A stretch of 34,938 bases of DNA from contig DASWHG010000139.1 in NCBI GenBank assembly GCA_036393315.1, positions 1-34,938 on the forward strand, in the 5' to 3' direction. Position 1 is the stretch's first letter. Every line of letters starts with the position of its first letter. The position numbers and the translations under genes were made by a program. Positions 8,977 through 16,493 of this stretch are shown here, one piece after another. Under the pieces are notes generated by a model. That model ran no database searches and was not told the origin of the DNA. It saw only the letters and a program-made list of their open reading frames with translations. This DNA comes from Anaerolineales bacterium. GTDB lineage: Bacteria; Chloroflexota; Anaerolineae; Anaerolineales; UBA4823.

Positions 8977-9618
8977 CTACCGCTCCGAGGCAGCTGCGGC
9001 ATACGGAAAGCTCAACAGCCCCCACTGTTCGGGAGGCCAATAAACCACGAACGCTTTCCCAATCACGTTTTCCAGCGGAACCATCCCCCAGGCGCGCGAG
9101 TCGGACGAGTTGTTCCGGTTGTCCCCCATGACGAAGAGAGAACCCTCCGGCACGTCCCATTCCCCGCCGTGGTTGGTCGCTACCGGCGTATAAGGCTCGG
9201 ATAATAAGATTCCGTTGACGTAAACCTGCCCCGCTTCGATCCGCAGGTGGTCGCCTGGCAGCCCAATCACCCGTTTGATGTAAGGCTCCTGCTCCGGATC
9301 GGGCGGGTAATAAAACACGATCACGTCTCCCCGGCCGGGTCCTCCCAGCCGGTAAGCCAGCTTATTAACGATCACGAAATTACCTTCGTACAGTGTAGGC
9401 TGCATGCTGATCGACTCGACCCGGATGCGGGCAGAGACCAGGTTGATGCTTAGAAAGAGCACCAACGATAGAAGGACCGTTTCCAGGGAGTCGAGCAGTG
9501 CTCGCCGCCAACCCCCCTTATTCCTCCAGGAGGTGGGTTCCTGATCGGGGACCGATTCACTGTGAAAATTATCCAATCGATTTACTCCACCGGCTGCGGC
9601 CGGTTCGGACGTCTTCAT
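8977..9618 (-). CDS. lepB: Signal peptidase I
   Basis: Catalytic Ser box SMQPTL, Lys box YIKRVIGLPGD, box E GDNRNNSSDSR, and an N-terminal TM segment. I moved the start from the track's 9711 (which overlaps mogA) to ATG 9618 (MKTSEP), preceded by GGAG with 8-nt spacing. Confidence 0.9.
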   Translation of the reverse strand: MKTSEPAAAGGVNRLDNFHSESVPDQEPTSWRNKGGWRRALLDSLETVLLSLVLFLSINLVSARIRVESISMQPTLYEGNFVIVNKLAYRLGGPGRGDVIVFYYPPDPEQEPYIKRVIGLPGDHLRIEAGQVYVNGILLSEPYTPVATNHGGEWDVPEGSLFVMGDNRNNSSDSRAWGMVPLENVIGKAFVVYWPPEQWGLLSFPYAAAASER

Positions 9619-9655
9619 CCGAGAGACTCCGCAGCCGCTGCTCTCGAGGTTTACG

Positions 9656-10186
9656 CTACTGAGCTGTTCCTGCCTGGTTTGTACCCGGCGCGCTGTGCCC
9701 GGACTCTGCACCCGGATCTTCCGAAAGCAGCTGCACGGCGTGCGCCAGCACCGGGAGGATGACGTTCAGGTTCTCGACCGCCCCTTTGGGGCTACCGGGC
9801 AGGTTCACGATGAGCGCCCGGCCACGGATGCCAGCAGTCGCCCGGGAAAGCATCGCGTGCGGCGTCACTTTTAAGCTGGCAAGCCGCATGGCCTCAGCCA
9901 GCCCGGGCGCTGGTCTCTCGATCACCGCTGACGTGGCCTCTGGAGTGCGGTCACGGGGGCTGAACCCTGTACCTCCAGTGGTGAGGATCACGTCAAGCGT
10001 GCCCGCATCTGCCCAGGCTGCCAGGGCATCTCGCAGGAGAAACTCCTCGTCCGGCAAGATTTCCTTGCGGGTGACCTGCCAGCCTTGCTCCACGATCACT
10101 CGTTCCAGGGCAGGGCCGGAAACGTCCGCGCGTTCGCCGCTGGCCGAACGGTCAGAGACCGTGAGAATACCGAAACGCAGTGCCAT
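9656..10186 (-). CDS. mogA: MogA/MoaB-family molybdopterin adenylyltransferase-like protein
   Basis: 176 aa. ILTVSDR at the N-terminus and ILTTGGTGFSPRDRTPEAT are the MoCF_biosynth signatures. The ATG directly abuts the upstream GNAT stop (TGAATG). Confidence 0.8.
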   Translation of the reverse strand: MALRFGILTVSDRSASGERADVSGPALERVIVEQGWQVTRKEILPDEEFLLRDALAAWADAGTLDVILTTGGTGFSPRDRTPEATSAVIERPAPGLAEAMRLASLKVTPHAMLSRATAGIRGRALIVNLPGSPKGAVENLNVILPVLAHAVQLLSEDPGAESGHSAPGTNQAGTAQ

Positions 10187-10618
10187 TCAACCGATATCTT
10201 TCCCGAAAATATCGAGTTCCATCCGCTCCCAACCGAGCTCCTGGTAGAATCTCCGGCCTTCCGGGTTATCGTAGGTTACCAGCAAATAGCATTTCAGGCA
10301 ACCTTTCGATCGCAACCGGTCCTCCAACTCTTTCATCAATGCCCTGCCGATGCCGGCGTTGCGGTCTTCCCTTCGAACTGCCAGATGGTAAACCAAACCC
10401 CTGCGGCCGTCGAACCCCCCGAGCACGGCGCCGACGATGCCAGCCTGGTTTTCTGCGACCAAAAACAAGTCCGGGTCGCGCTGCAGCTTCTTGGAGATCT
10501 CCCCCAAGCTGTCCGATCGCCCAACGTGAACGCCTGAACCGGCGTTTGCCCACAGTTGGTAGACGCTTTCATAATCATCTGGGTGGATAAATGCACGGAT
10601 TTGGAAGAGAAGCGTCAT
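10187..10618 (-). CDS. GNAT N-acetyltransferase, YpeA-like
   Basis: 143 aa. LFLVAENQAGIVGAVLGGFDGRRGLVYHLAVRREDRNAGIGRALMKELEDRLRSKGC closely parallels E. coli YpeA as I recall it (LFLVAE..VVGTVMGGYDGHRG..YYLGV...RGRGI). ATGA overlap with the upstream gene. Confidence 0.85.
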   Translation of the reverse strand: MTLLFQIRAFIHPDDYESVYQLWANAGSGVHVGRSDSLGEISKKLQRDPDLFLVAENQAGIVGAVLGGFDGRRGLVYHLAVRREDRNAGIGRALMKELEDRLRSKGCLKCYLLVTYDNPEGRRFYQELGWERMELDIFGKDIG

Positions 10619-12372
10619 TCCTCTTCCTGGCCAACCAGCTGCTTCCAGGGGCCGTGAATCCCATCATCGGTCACGCCGAAATAAAAGCGGTAGCCTTGTG
10701 GCGTTTGCTGCACCAGGTCGTAGCGTTCGCGTTTCCCCTGCTTCTCCCGGTTCAGCAACCCATATTCCCCCTCCCACTGCACATTCGCATGGGGCAGGTT
10801 GGAGGATAGCTGGGCATACTGGGTGATGGCGTAATGCCACAGCCGCCGCGCCGATTTCTTGGTCACGTTCTTGACGACGTTGCCATTGCGCAAGTCGCGG
10901 ACGGTATAATAGCGCTGCCCATCCCGTTCCTCGACAGAGACAACCTCGACTCCCGTGCGTGGAGGCGTACCGTTGACCATCTTGGACCCGTCCCCGGCGA
11001 CCGGCTCTTTTTCATGGAGAACCTGGGGTTCGGGGTGTTCTGCCTTCGGGGCCTGCGCCTGCTGTTCGGCCAGGCCGCGCTTGACCAGGCTGACGATCTC
11101 GTCTCGAACGCCCAGGCTGGTCTCTGTTTCGGTCCGTACGTAGATCTTGTATTCATCGACAACGTAGGGAGGATCATCGCCGCGTGGCACCAGCACGCGC
11201 AGCACCTTCTTGCCGTCGGTCTCGTGAACGTCGATCGAGCACTTCAAGTGCGGGCTGATCCGGTCGCTGATTTCCTTCTCAAGCTGAGCGACGGCTTGCT
11301 CGGGGTTCGGTACACCGACGACCGGCTTGCGAGAATCGGCGCTCAATCCCAGAAACAAGTTGCCGCCATTCGTGTTCGCGAAGGCGCAAACGTCGGCGAT
11401 GACAGCATACAGCCGTCCCCCGCGCACCGAGATGTTTTCGTGGAAATCCTGGACGATGTTCGCGCCTTCTTCTCGGGCAGCATGGATGAAATCAAAGGCG
11501 GGCTCGGCTACCAGCCGGTGCGGGCGGGTGCGGGCGAAATCGTTGCTCAGGAAAAGCTCTTTGAGGGCCTCGAAACTGACATCGGGCAGTGACACATCGG
11601 TGGCCCGGTCTCCAACGCCGAGGTTGGTCTTACGCTGTGGATCGGTGGTTAGCCGGTGCGCATCCGATCCCTGGATGCAGTGCAATCGCCTCGGGTACTC
11701 GGGCTTGGTCCCGCTGAAAAAAGCCGCGGTGGTATGCCTGCCCTTCTTCTCGAGGTCGGTGACTTCCAGTGCATGCAGGTTCGGGTCCTGGGTATAAGCG
11801 ATGCGAGTCTGGCCCCCGAAGGGGAAACTGCGCATCGCTACACCGTTGCTCGAGTTGGCATGGGCGGCAATCGCCAACCCTCCCGCTTCAGCGATCACCC
11901 GGTAAGCGGTCAGCACGTCGCTGGTCGCGCCTACGGTGTCCGAACCGCGATCGAGCTGCTCCGGCGGGACGTGCAGGTTGAGCAGCAGGTGCTCGATTTC
12001 GCGCACCGGTTTTTCCGGCGGGAAGATCCCGAGAATGTGGAAGCCGAAAGTGGCTGTAAACTCGACTCCCGGCAGCACCAAAATTTTATCCAACAGGCGG
12101 CGGTACTCATTCAGTTGGGACTGCTCTTGCGGCAGCAGGCGCCTGGAACTTTCCAGGAACTCGAGGCGGGCAATCTCATCTTTCATCCGCCGGTAGCCGG
12201 CGACGGTGTTATGGTCCGCAAAAGCGATAATATCCAGCCCACGTGCTTCAGCCCTCAGGAGGATATCCAGGGGCGAAATTACCGGCTGCTGGTAATCTAC
12301 CGAAGCCGGGGTATGTATATGTAAATCCATCGTGTGCCATTGCATCGGGCCGCGCGATCGTTTCTTTGTCAC
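10615..12372 (-). CDS. PHP-domain phosphoesterase fused to an AlbA_2 (Schlafen-like) domain and an unassigned C-terminal domain
   Basis: 585 aa, GTG start.
- PHP motifs in order: DLHIHT, FADHN, GVEF, AAHAN, GSDAHR (aa ~14-245).
- AlbA_2-like block aa ~300-432: [17 protein letters not shown] ... [18 protein letters not shown].
- Low-complexity linker, then an unassigned ~110-aa C-terminal domain. Confidence 0.75.
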   Translation of the reverse strand: MTKKRSRGPMQWHTMDLHIHTPASVDYQQPVISPLDILLRAEARGLDIIAFADHNTVAGYRRMKDEIARLEFLESSRRLLPQEQSQLNEYRRLLDKILVLPGVEFTATFGFHILGIFPPEKPVREIEHLLLNLHVPPEQLDRGSDTVGATSDVLTAYRVIAEAGGLAIAAHANSSNGVAMRSFPFGGQTRIAYTQDPNLHALEVTDLEKKGRHTTAAFFSGTKPEYPRRLHCIQGSDAHRLTTDPQRKTNLGVGDRATDVSLPDVSFEALKELFLSNDFARTRPHRLVAEPAFDFIHAAREEGANIVQDFHENISVRGGRLYAVIADVCAFANTNGGNLFLGLSADSRKPVVGVPNPEQAVAQLEKEISDRISPHLKCSIDVHETDGKKVLRVLVPRGDDPPYVVDEYKIYVRTETETSLGVRDEIVSLVKRGLAEQQAQAPKAEHPEPQVLHEKEPVAGDGSKMVNGTPPRTGVEVVSVEERDGQRYYTVRDLRNGNVVKNVTKKSARRLWHYAITQYAQLSSNLPHANVQWEGEYGLLNREKQGKRERYDLVQQTPQGYRFYFGVTDDGIHGPWKQLVGQEEE

Positions 12373-12380
12373 GGTTATAT

Positions 12381-12743
12381 CTATCCTAATGTATGTCGAA
12401 TCACTTCAACCAATTCGTCGGGCTCAAAAGGTTTGAGAATAAAACCATCTGCCCCTTCTTCTTGGCTTTTATTGGCCAGTTCCATACCCGAGGCCATCAG
12501 GATGCGCGTATCCTTCAAGCCAGGGTCGCTTCGCACCTGGTGGAGCAGATCAAAGCCGTTCAACTTGCGCAGGTGCACGTCCAGGAATACCAGCGCGGGC
12601 TGCTCGCGCCGGAGGATCTCGAGGATCGAATCAATGTCGCCATTGCCGTTCCAGCAGGATACCTCGAACCCTTCGAACTCCAAGAACATGCTCAAGAGTG
12701 AGAACATGTTCTCGTCATCTTCAATCAGCATTACTTTAGGCAT
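12381..12743 (-). CDS. Single-domain response regulator (CheY-like receiver)
   Basis: [11 protein letters not shown] acidic pocket, phospho-acceptor context LVFLDVHL, and conserved Lys in ILKPF. No output domain. I prefer ATG 12743 over the track's 12773. Either start overlaps the lon stop (12736-12738). Confidence 0.85.
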   Translation of the reverse strand: MPKVMLIEDDENMFSLLSMFLEFEGFEVSCWNGNGDIDSILEILRREQPALVFLDVHLRKLNGFDLLHQVRSDPGLKDTRILMASGMELANKSQEEGADGFILKPFEPDELVEVIRHTLG

Positions 12744-15342
12744 GGGCATCCAATTTAGCCACGGGTTCGGCAACTTTTCTCTGCTTCCGGCGGGGCTTCA
12801 AAACAGGTTCCAGCGCTGCATCCAGCGCTTCGTCGATCGTATCGGCGAAGATGAATTTGAGGTCATTCAACACTTCTTCGGGGAGGTCTTCCAGATCGGC
12901 CTCGTTCCTCCTGGGAAGGATGATCGTCTTCAAACCACTGCGATGAGCCGCCAGAACCTTTTCCTTAATGCCTCCCACCGGCAGCACCTGGCCGCGCAAC
13001 GTGATCTCGCCGGTCATGCCGACATCCGGGCGGACAGGCCGTCCAGAAATCAAGGAAACCAGGGCGGTTGCCATGGTCAGCCCGGCTGAGGGCCCGTCCT
13101 TCGGCTGGGATCCGGCCGGGACGTGCAGGTGAAAATCGGACTTTTCGAAGAAGCTCGGGTCCAGCTTCATCGACTCTGCCCGCGAGCGTACGTACGACAG
13201 GGCAGCGCGGGCCGATTCCTGCATCACATCCCCGAGGGATCCGGTGAGCTGAAATCCTTTACTGCCCGGCATGCGCGTCGCCTCGACAAACAGGATGTCG
13301 CCCCCAGTAGGCGTATAAGCCAGGCCCGTCGCCACACCCGGGATCGAGGTTCGCTCGGCTACCTCCTCATTGCCAAAGTAGCGCGGCCGGTTGAGAAAGG
13401 CGCGCACCTGCTCCTGGGTGATCTCGGTCTTGTCGGTCAGGCCCTCCGCGATGCGGGTGACCACCTTGCGGGCGACGCTCCCGATCTCCCGCTCCAGGTT
13501 TCGCACGCCGGCCTCGCGCGTATACGAGCGGATGATGATCTGCAGCGCCTCCCGGGAGAATGAGATCTCTTCCTGCCGCAGCCCGTTCTCTCTCAGCTGG
13601 CGTGGGATCAGGTAGCCTTTGGCAATCTCGATCTTTTCCGCTTCGGTATAACCTGACAGATGGATGATCTCCATGCGATCGCGCAGCGGCCCGGGAATGG
13701 GTTCCAGCAGGTTGGCAGTGGTGATGAACATGACCTGGGAAAGATCGTAAGCGACTTCGAGGTAATGGTCGCGGAACTCTGAATTCTGCTCCGGATCCAG
13801 CACTTCCAGCAGCGCGGAGGCGGGGTCCCCGTGGAAATCGTAAGTCAGCTTATCCACTTCATCCAGCATGAAAACCGGGTTGCGCGATTCGACCCGCCGG
13901 ATGGCCTGCAGAATCCTTCCCGGCATGGCGCCGATATAGGTGCGCCGGTGACCGCGGATCTCCGCCTCATCCCGCATCCCTCCCAGGGAGATGCGGATGA
14001 ATTTTCTGCCCATGGCGTGCGCAATCGAGCGGCCGAGGGAGGTCTTCCCCACGCCAGGCGGGCCAACGAAGCACAGGATCACACCCTCTCGGATGCGCCG
14101 GATGGTGTTTTCGCTTTCTTCCACCTCCAGCTCCTCCCGGCGTTCCTGCCGGAGCTTCCGGACCGCCAGGTACTCCAGAATACGTTCTTTGACATCCTCC
14201 AGGCCGTAATGGTCCTGGTCGAGCACGTCCCGGGCGTGCGAGATGTCCAGGTTGTCGGCGGTGAAGATGGCCCAGGGCAGCGAGACCAGCCAGTCCAGGT
14301 ACGTGCGGATGACGCCGTACTCGGCGGCTGCACTGGGCAGGCGAGAAAGGCGATCCAGCTCCCGGCGCGCCATCTTCTCGGCTTCATCCGGCATGCCGGC
14401 TTCTTCGATTTTCTTGCGAAACTCCTCGACTTCGGCAGCCTGCTCGTCCCCTTCTCCCAGCTCGCGCTGGATGGCCTTGAGCTGCTCCCGCAGGAAATAT
14501 TCTCGCTGCACCTTTTCAATCTCGGAGCGTGCCTCGTTCTGGATCTTCTGCCCGATCTCCAGCACCTCGACCTCGCGGACCAGGATGGCCACCAGCTTGC
14601 GCAGCTTTTCCGAGATCGAATCCAGCTCCAGGAGCGCCTGGGCATCCTTTAGATCCATGCGCTGGAAGTTGGCGATCGTATACACGGTCTGCAGTGGACC
14701 TTCTAATCCCACCACGGAGGCCACCAGCTCGCGCGGGATCGAGGGGATCATCTCGGCGATCTGTTCGAACTGCTCGCGGGCATTGCGCGCCAGCGCCTCG
14801 ACTTCCAGGTCGTCTTCTACTTGTTCCGGGATCAGTTCGATTTTTGCCTTCAGGTACGGGTTCAGCTGCAGGAACTCCCCCAGGCGGAAGCGCGCCAGGC
14901 CTTGTACCAGGAGGCGGATGGTGCCGTCTGGGGCGCGGAACAGGCGGTGTACGATCGCGACCGTTCCGATCTGGTACAAATCGTCAGGTTCTGGTGATTC
15001 CAGCTCCGGGTTTCGCGAGGCCACCAACCCGATCAGGCGTTCCTCTCCCACCATAACATCGTCGACCAGGCGGACCGAGCGCGGTTGGCCGATCGTCAAT
15101 GGAACGGCGGTCTGTGGGTAAACGACGACGCCGCGCAGTGGCAGGATGGGCAGTTCCGGTGGGATTTGACCGTCGGCTGGGCTTTCATGCGGAGCTTCCT
15201 CCCCCTCCGCCTCGCCATCCTTCTGCAGCACCCGGGTCATGATCGGCCTGAAAATTAAATCTTCAAGATCCAGGTCATCTTCTTCGAACCAATTCAAAAA
15301 ATCCAAGACATTATCGTTCCAACGCGAAGCTGGCATAAACAC
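12736..15342 (-). CDS. lon: ATP-dependent Lon protease (LonA)
   Basis: 868 aa. N-domain [13 protein letters not shown], Walker [10 protein letters not shown], Walker [10 protein letters not shown], protease Ser PKDGPSAG and Lys [13 protein letters not shown] 15342 or ATG 15336 are possible starts. About 62 aa of acidic sequence precede the canonical N-domain. Confidence 0.95.
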   Translation of the reverse strand: MFMPASRWNDNVLDFLNWFEEDDLDLEDLIFRPIMTRVLQKDGEAEGEEAPHESPADGQIPPELPILPLRGVVVYPQTAVPLTIGQPRSVRLVDDVMVGEERLIGLVASRNPELESPEPDDLYQIGTVAIVHRLFRAPDGTIRLLVQGLARFRLGEFLQLNPYLKAKIELIPEQVEDDLEVEALARNAREQFEQIAEMIPSIPRELVASVVGLEGPLQTVYTIANFQRMDLKDAQALLELDSISEKLRKLVAILVREVEVLEIGQKIQNEARSEIEKVQREYFLREQLKAIQRELGEGDEQAAEVEEFRKKIEEAGMPDEAEKMARRELDRLSRLPSAAAEYGVIRTYLDWLVSLPWAIFTADNLDISHARDVLDQDHYGLEDVKERILEYLAVRKLRQERREELEVEESENTIRRIREGVILCFVGPPGVGKTSLGRSIAHAMGRKFIRISLGGMRDEAEIRGHRRTYIGAMPGRILQAIRRVESRNPVFMLDEVDKLTYDFHGDPASALLEVLDPEQNSEFRDHYLEVAYDLSQVMFITTANLLEPIPGPLRDRMEIIHLSGYTEAEKIEIAKGYLIPRQLRENGLRQEEISFSREALQIIIRSYTREAGVRNLEREIGSVARKVVTRIAEGLTDKTEITQEQVRAFLNRPRYFGNEEVAERTSIPGVATGLAYTPTGGDILFVEATRMPGSKGFQLTGSLGDVMQESARAALSYVRSRAESMKLDPSFFEKSDFHLHVPAGSQPKDGPSAGLTMATALVSLISGRPVRPDVGMTGEITLRGQVLPVGGIKEKVLAAHRSGLKTIILPRRNEADLEDLPEEVLNDLKFIFADTIDEALDAALEPVLKPRRKQRKVAEPVAKLDAHA

Positions 15343-15373
15343 ACTCGAGAGGATTTTGGATACAGCGTTTCAG

Positions 15374-15838
15374 TTACTCGCTTATGCGAATGCGAAGCGG
15401 CTGCTCTTTCGGCAACTCCAACCGTAAAAAACCGGCTTTGTATTCGACCCTGGCTTTCTCAGGCAGCACCGCACAGGGGAGCTCCACTTCAGATAGGAAT
15501 TCCCCGAAGAAAATCTCCATCTGGTAATATGCCCGCCGTTCCGGCGTTTCCTGGCGGGTACCGCGGATCGAAAGCAGGCGGTCTGTCAGCGAGATAGTGA
15601 AATCCTCTTCCTCCATGCCTGCAATTTCGACCCGGACCACCAGGGTATCGTCCGTCTCGTACACGTCGGTGGGAGGCCGCCAGGCGTGCGGCCGCAGTGT
15701 ATTCCGCCCCCGGGGTAAGCCTTGGGTAAAGGATTGGACTTCTTCGGAGAGATACCAGCCGGGACGCGAGGGACCAGGCCCGGCCTCGGTCACCGCATTC
15801 TCGCTGGATTGAAATAATTCTGGGTGTTCCATAGTCAT
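15374..15838 (-). CDS. Hsp20/alpha-crystallin small heat-shock protein
   Basis: 154 aa. The alpha-crystallin domain starts WRPPTDVYETDDTLVVRVEIAGM and ends AGFLRLELPK. GGAGA SD lies 7 nt upstream of the ATG. Confidence 0.9.
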   Translation of the reverse strand: MTMEHPELFQSSENAVTEAGPGPSRPGWYLSEEVQSFTQGLPRGRNTLRPHAWRPPTDVYETDDTLVVRVEIAGMEEEDFTISLTDRLLSIRGTRQETPERRAYYQMEIFFGEFLSEVELPCAVLPEKARVEYKAGFLRLELPKEQPLRIRISE

Positions 15839-15869
15839 CCTGGTTTCTCCATTAACTATTTCCCCGGCC

Positions 15870-15945
15870 TGGCGCCCCCGGCGGGATTCGAACCCACAAC
15901 CTTAGGTTTAGAAGACCTCTGCTCTGTCCATTGAGCTACGGGGGC
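15870..15945 (-). tRNA. tRNA-Arg (anticodon UCU), CCA encoded
   Basis: The reverse complement reads GCCCCCGTAGCTCAATGGACAGAGCAGAGGTCTTCTAAACCTAAGGTTGTGGGTTCGAATCCCGCCGGGGGCGCCA.
- 7-bp acceptor stem GCCCCCG/CGGGGGC.
- D arm GCTC/GAGC.
- Anticodon loop CTTCTAA (U33, TCT, A37).
- T arm GTGGG-TTCGAAT-CCCGC.
- Total length 76 nt. Confidence 0.92.
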
Positions 15946-15962
15946 ATAATTCTTTTGAAAAC

Positions 15963-16400
15963 TTAACATTCCGGACAAGGACGGAGCCCCTTATACACAC
16001 GCATGCCAGATAAAGTACGCAAGATCGTCTCCGGAGGACGGTTTAACTGCTCTGACAGCTCGACCGGTGACATCGGGGTGTTGCCATTAGCCAGAAAAAG
16101 GCGGAAAACAGCTTCTACCAGGGAGGTGTACTCGGTGATAAACCCCGGCTCCTTCGCACAATGGGAGATCAACATGTGCTGTAAACCGTCGACCTGCTGC
16201 ACTTCTGCCGTTTCTGGGTCCACCCAATCGACCGGTTCTTCACCGCGGTCGTCAGAAAAGGCATCTTGATGTTCTTCGCAGAGAAAGCTGAGCAGATCGA
16301 TCCGCCAATTCCGGTCGTTCTGCCCCCACCAGTTAAAATCGATATGATAGCGTGTCTGTAAGGTCGGTTTGACCAGACTAAAACGCTTTACTTCAACCAC
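15963..16400 (-). CDS. Hypothetical protein (145 aa), possible winged-helix C-terminal half, ends CPEC
   Basis: GTG start preceded by AGGAGG at 6 nt. No antisense competitor with homology. VEAVFRLFLANGNTPMSPVELSEQLNRPPETILRTL looks like a wHTH. No family recognised. Confidence 0.6.
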   Translation of the reverse strand: MVEVKRFSLVKPTLQTRYHIDFNWWGQNDRNWRIDLLSFLCEEHQDAFSDDRGEEPVDWVDPETAEVQQVDGLQHMLISHCAKEPGFITEYTSLVEAVFRLFLANGNTPMSPVELSEQLNRPPETILRTLSGMRVYKGLRPCPEC

Positions 16401-16453
16401 AGAGAGCCTCCTGAGCGAACCTTATCCTCCTAGCTCTGCCGGCCCGGTTCATC

Positions 16454-16481
16454 ATTCATCCAAATGGAACCCATCGGTTAA
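16454..16481 (-). promoter_or_regulatory. Candidate internal promoter TTAACC-16-(TGg)ATGAAT
   Basis: Minus-strand reading of the 93-nt gap between the 547-aa and 145-aa genes: TTAACCgatgggttccatttggATGAAT. Weak hexamers, with a TGn extension. Confidence 0.3.
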
Positions 16482-16493
16482 ACCGGCCTATAA

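Noticed and set aside
9619-9711. Upstream extension of lepB to ATG 9711
   Set aside because: It would overlap the mogA 3' end by 56 nt. ATG 9618 has a GGAG SD and gives a normal signal peptidase N-terminus.
10184-10190. Moco riboswitch upstream of mogA
   Set aside because: There is no leader at all: the mogA ATG directly follows the GNAT stop codon.
10834-11592. 252-aa ORF antisense to the PHP/AlbA_2 gene
   Set aside because: No motifs. The minus-strand frame carries ordered PHP and AlbA_2 motifs over the same bases.
13831-15121. Two long plus-strand ORFs (273 and 292 aa) antisense to lon
   Set aside because: Ser/Arg/Pro-rich shadow frames. Lon motifs (Walker A/B, DGPSAG) are unambiguous on the minus strand.
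15839-15869. Heat-shock operator (CIRCE/HAIR) or RNA thermometer ahead of hsp20, and likewise ahead of lon (15343..15373)
   Set aside because: Neither 31-nt gap contains a TTAGCACTC-N9-GAGTGCTAA-like inverted repeat, nor an obvious SD-sequestering U-rich hairpin that I could find by eye.
15870-15945. tRNA-Arg as a genomic-island integration site
   Set aside because: There is no integrase, no phage or mobile genes on either side, and I saw no direct repeat of the tRNA 3' end elsewhere in the window (by eye only). The flanks are housekeeping stress genes.
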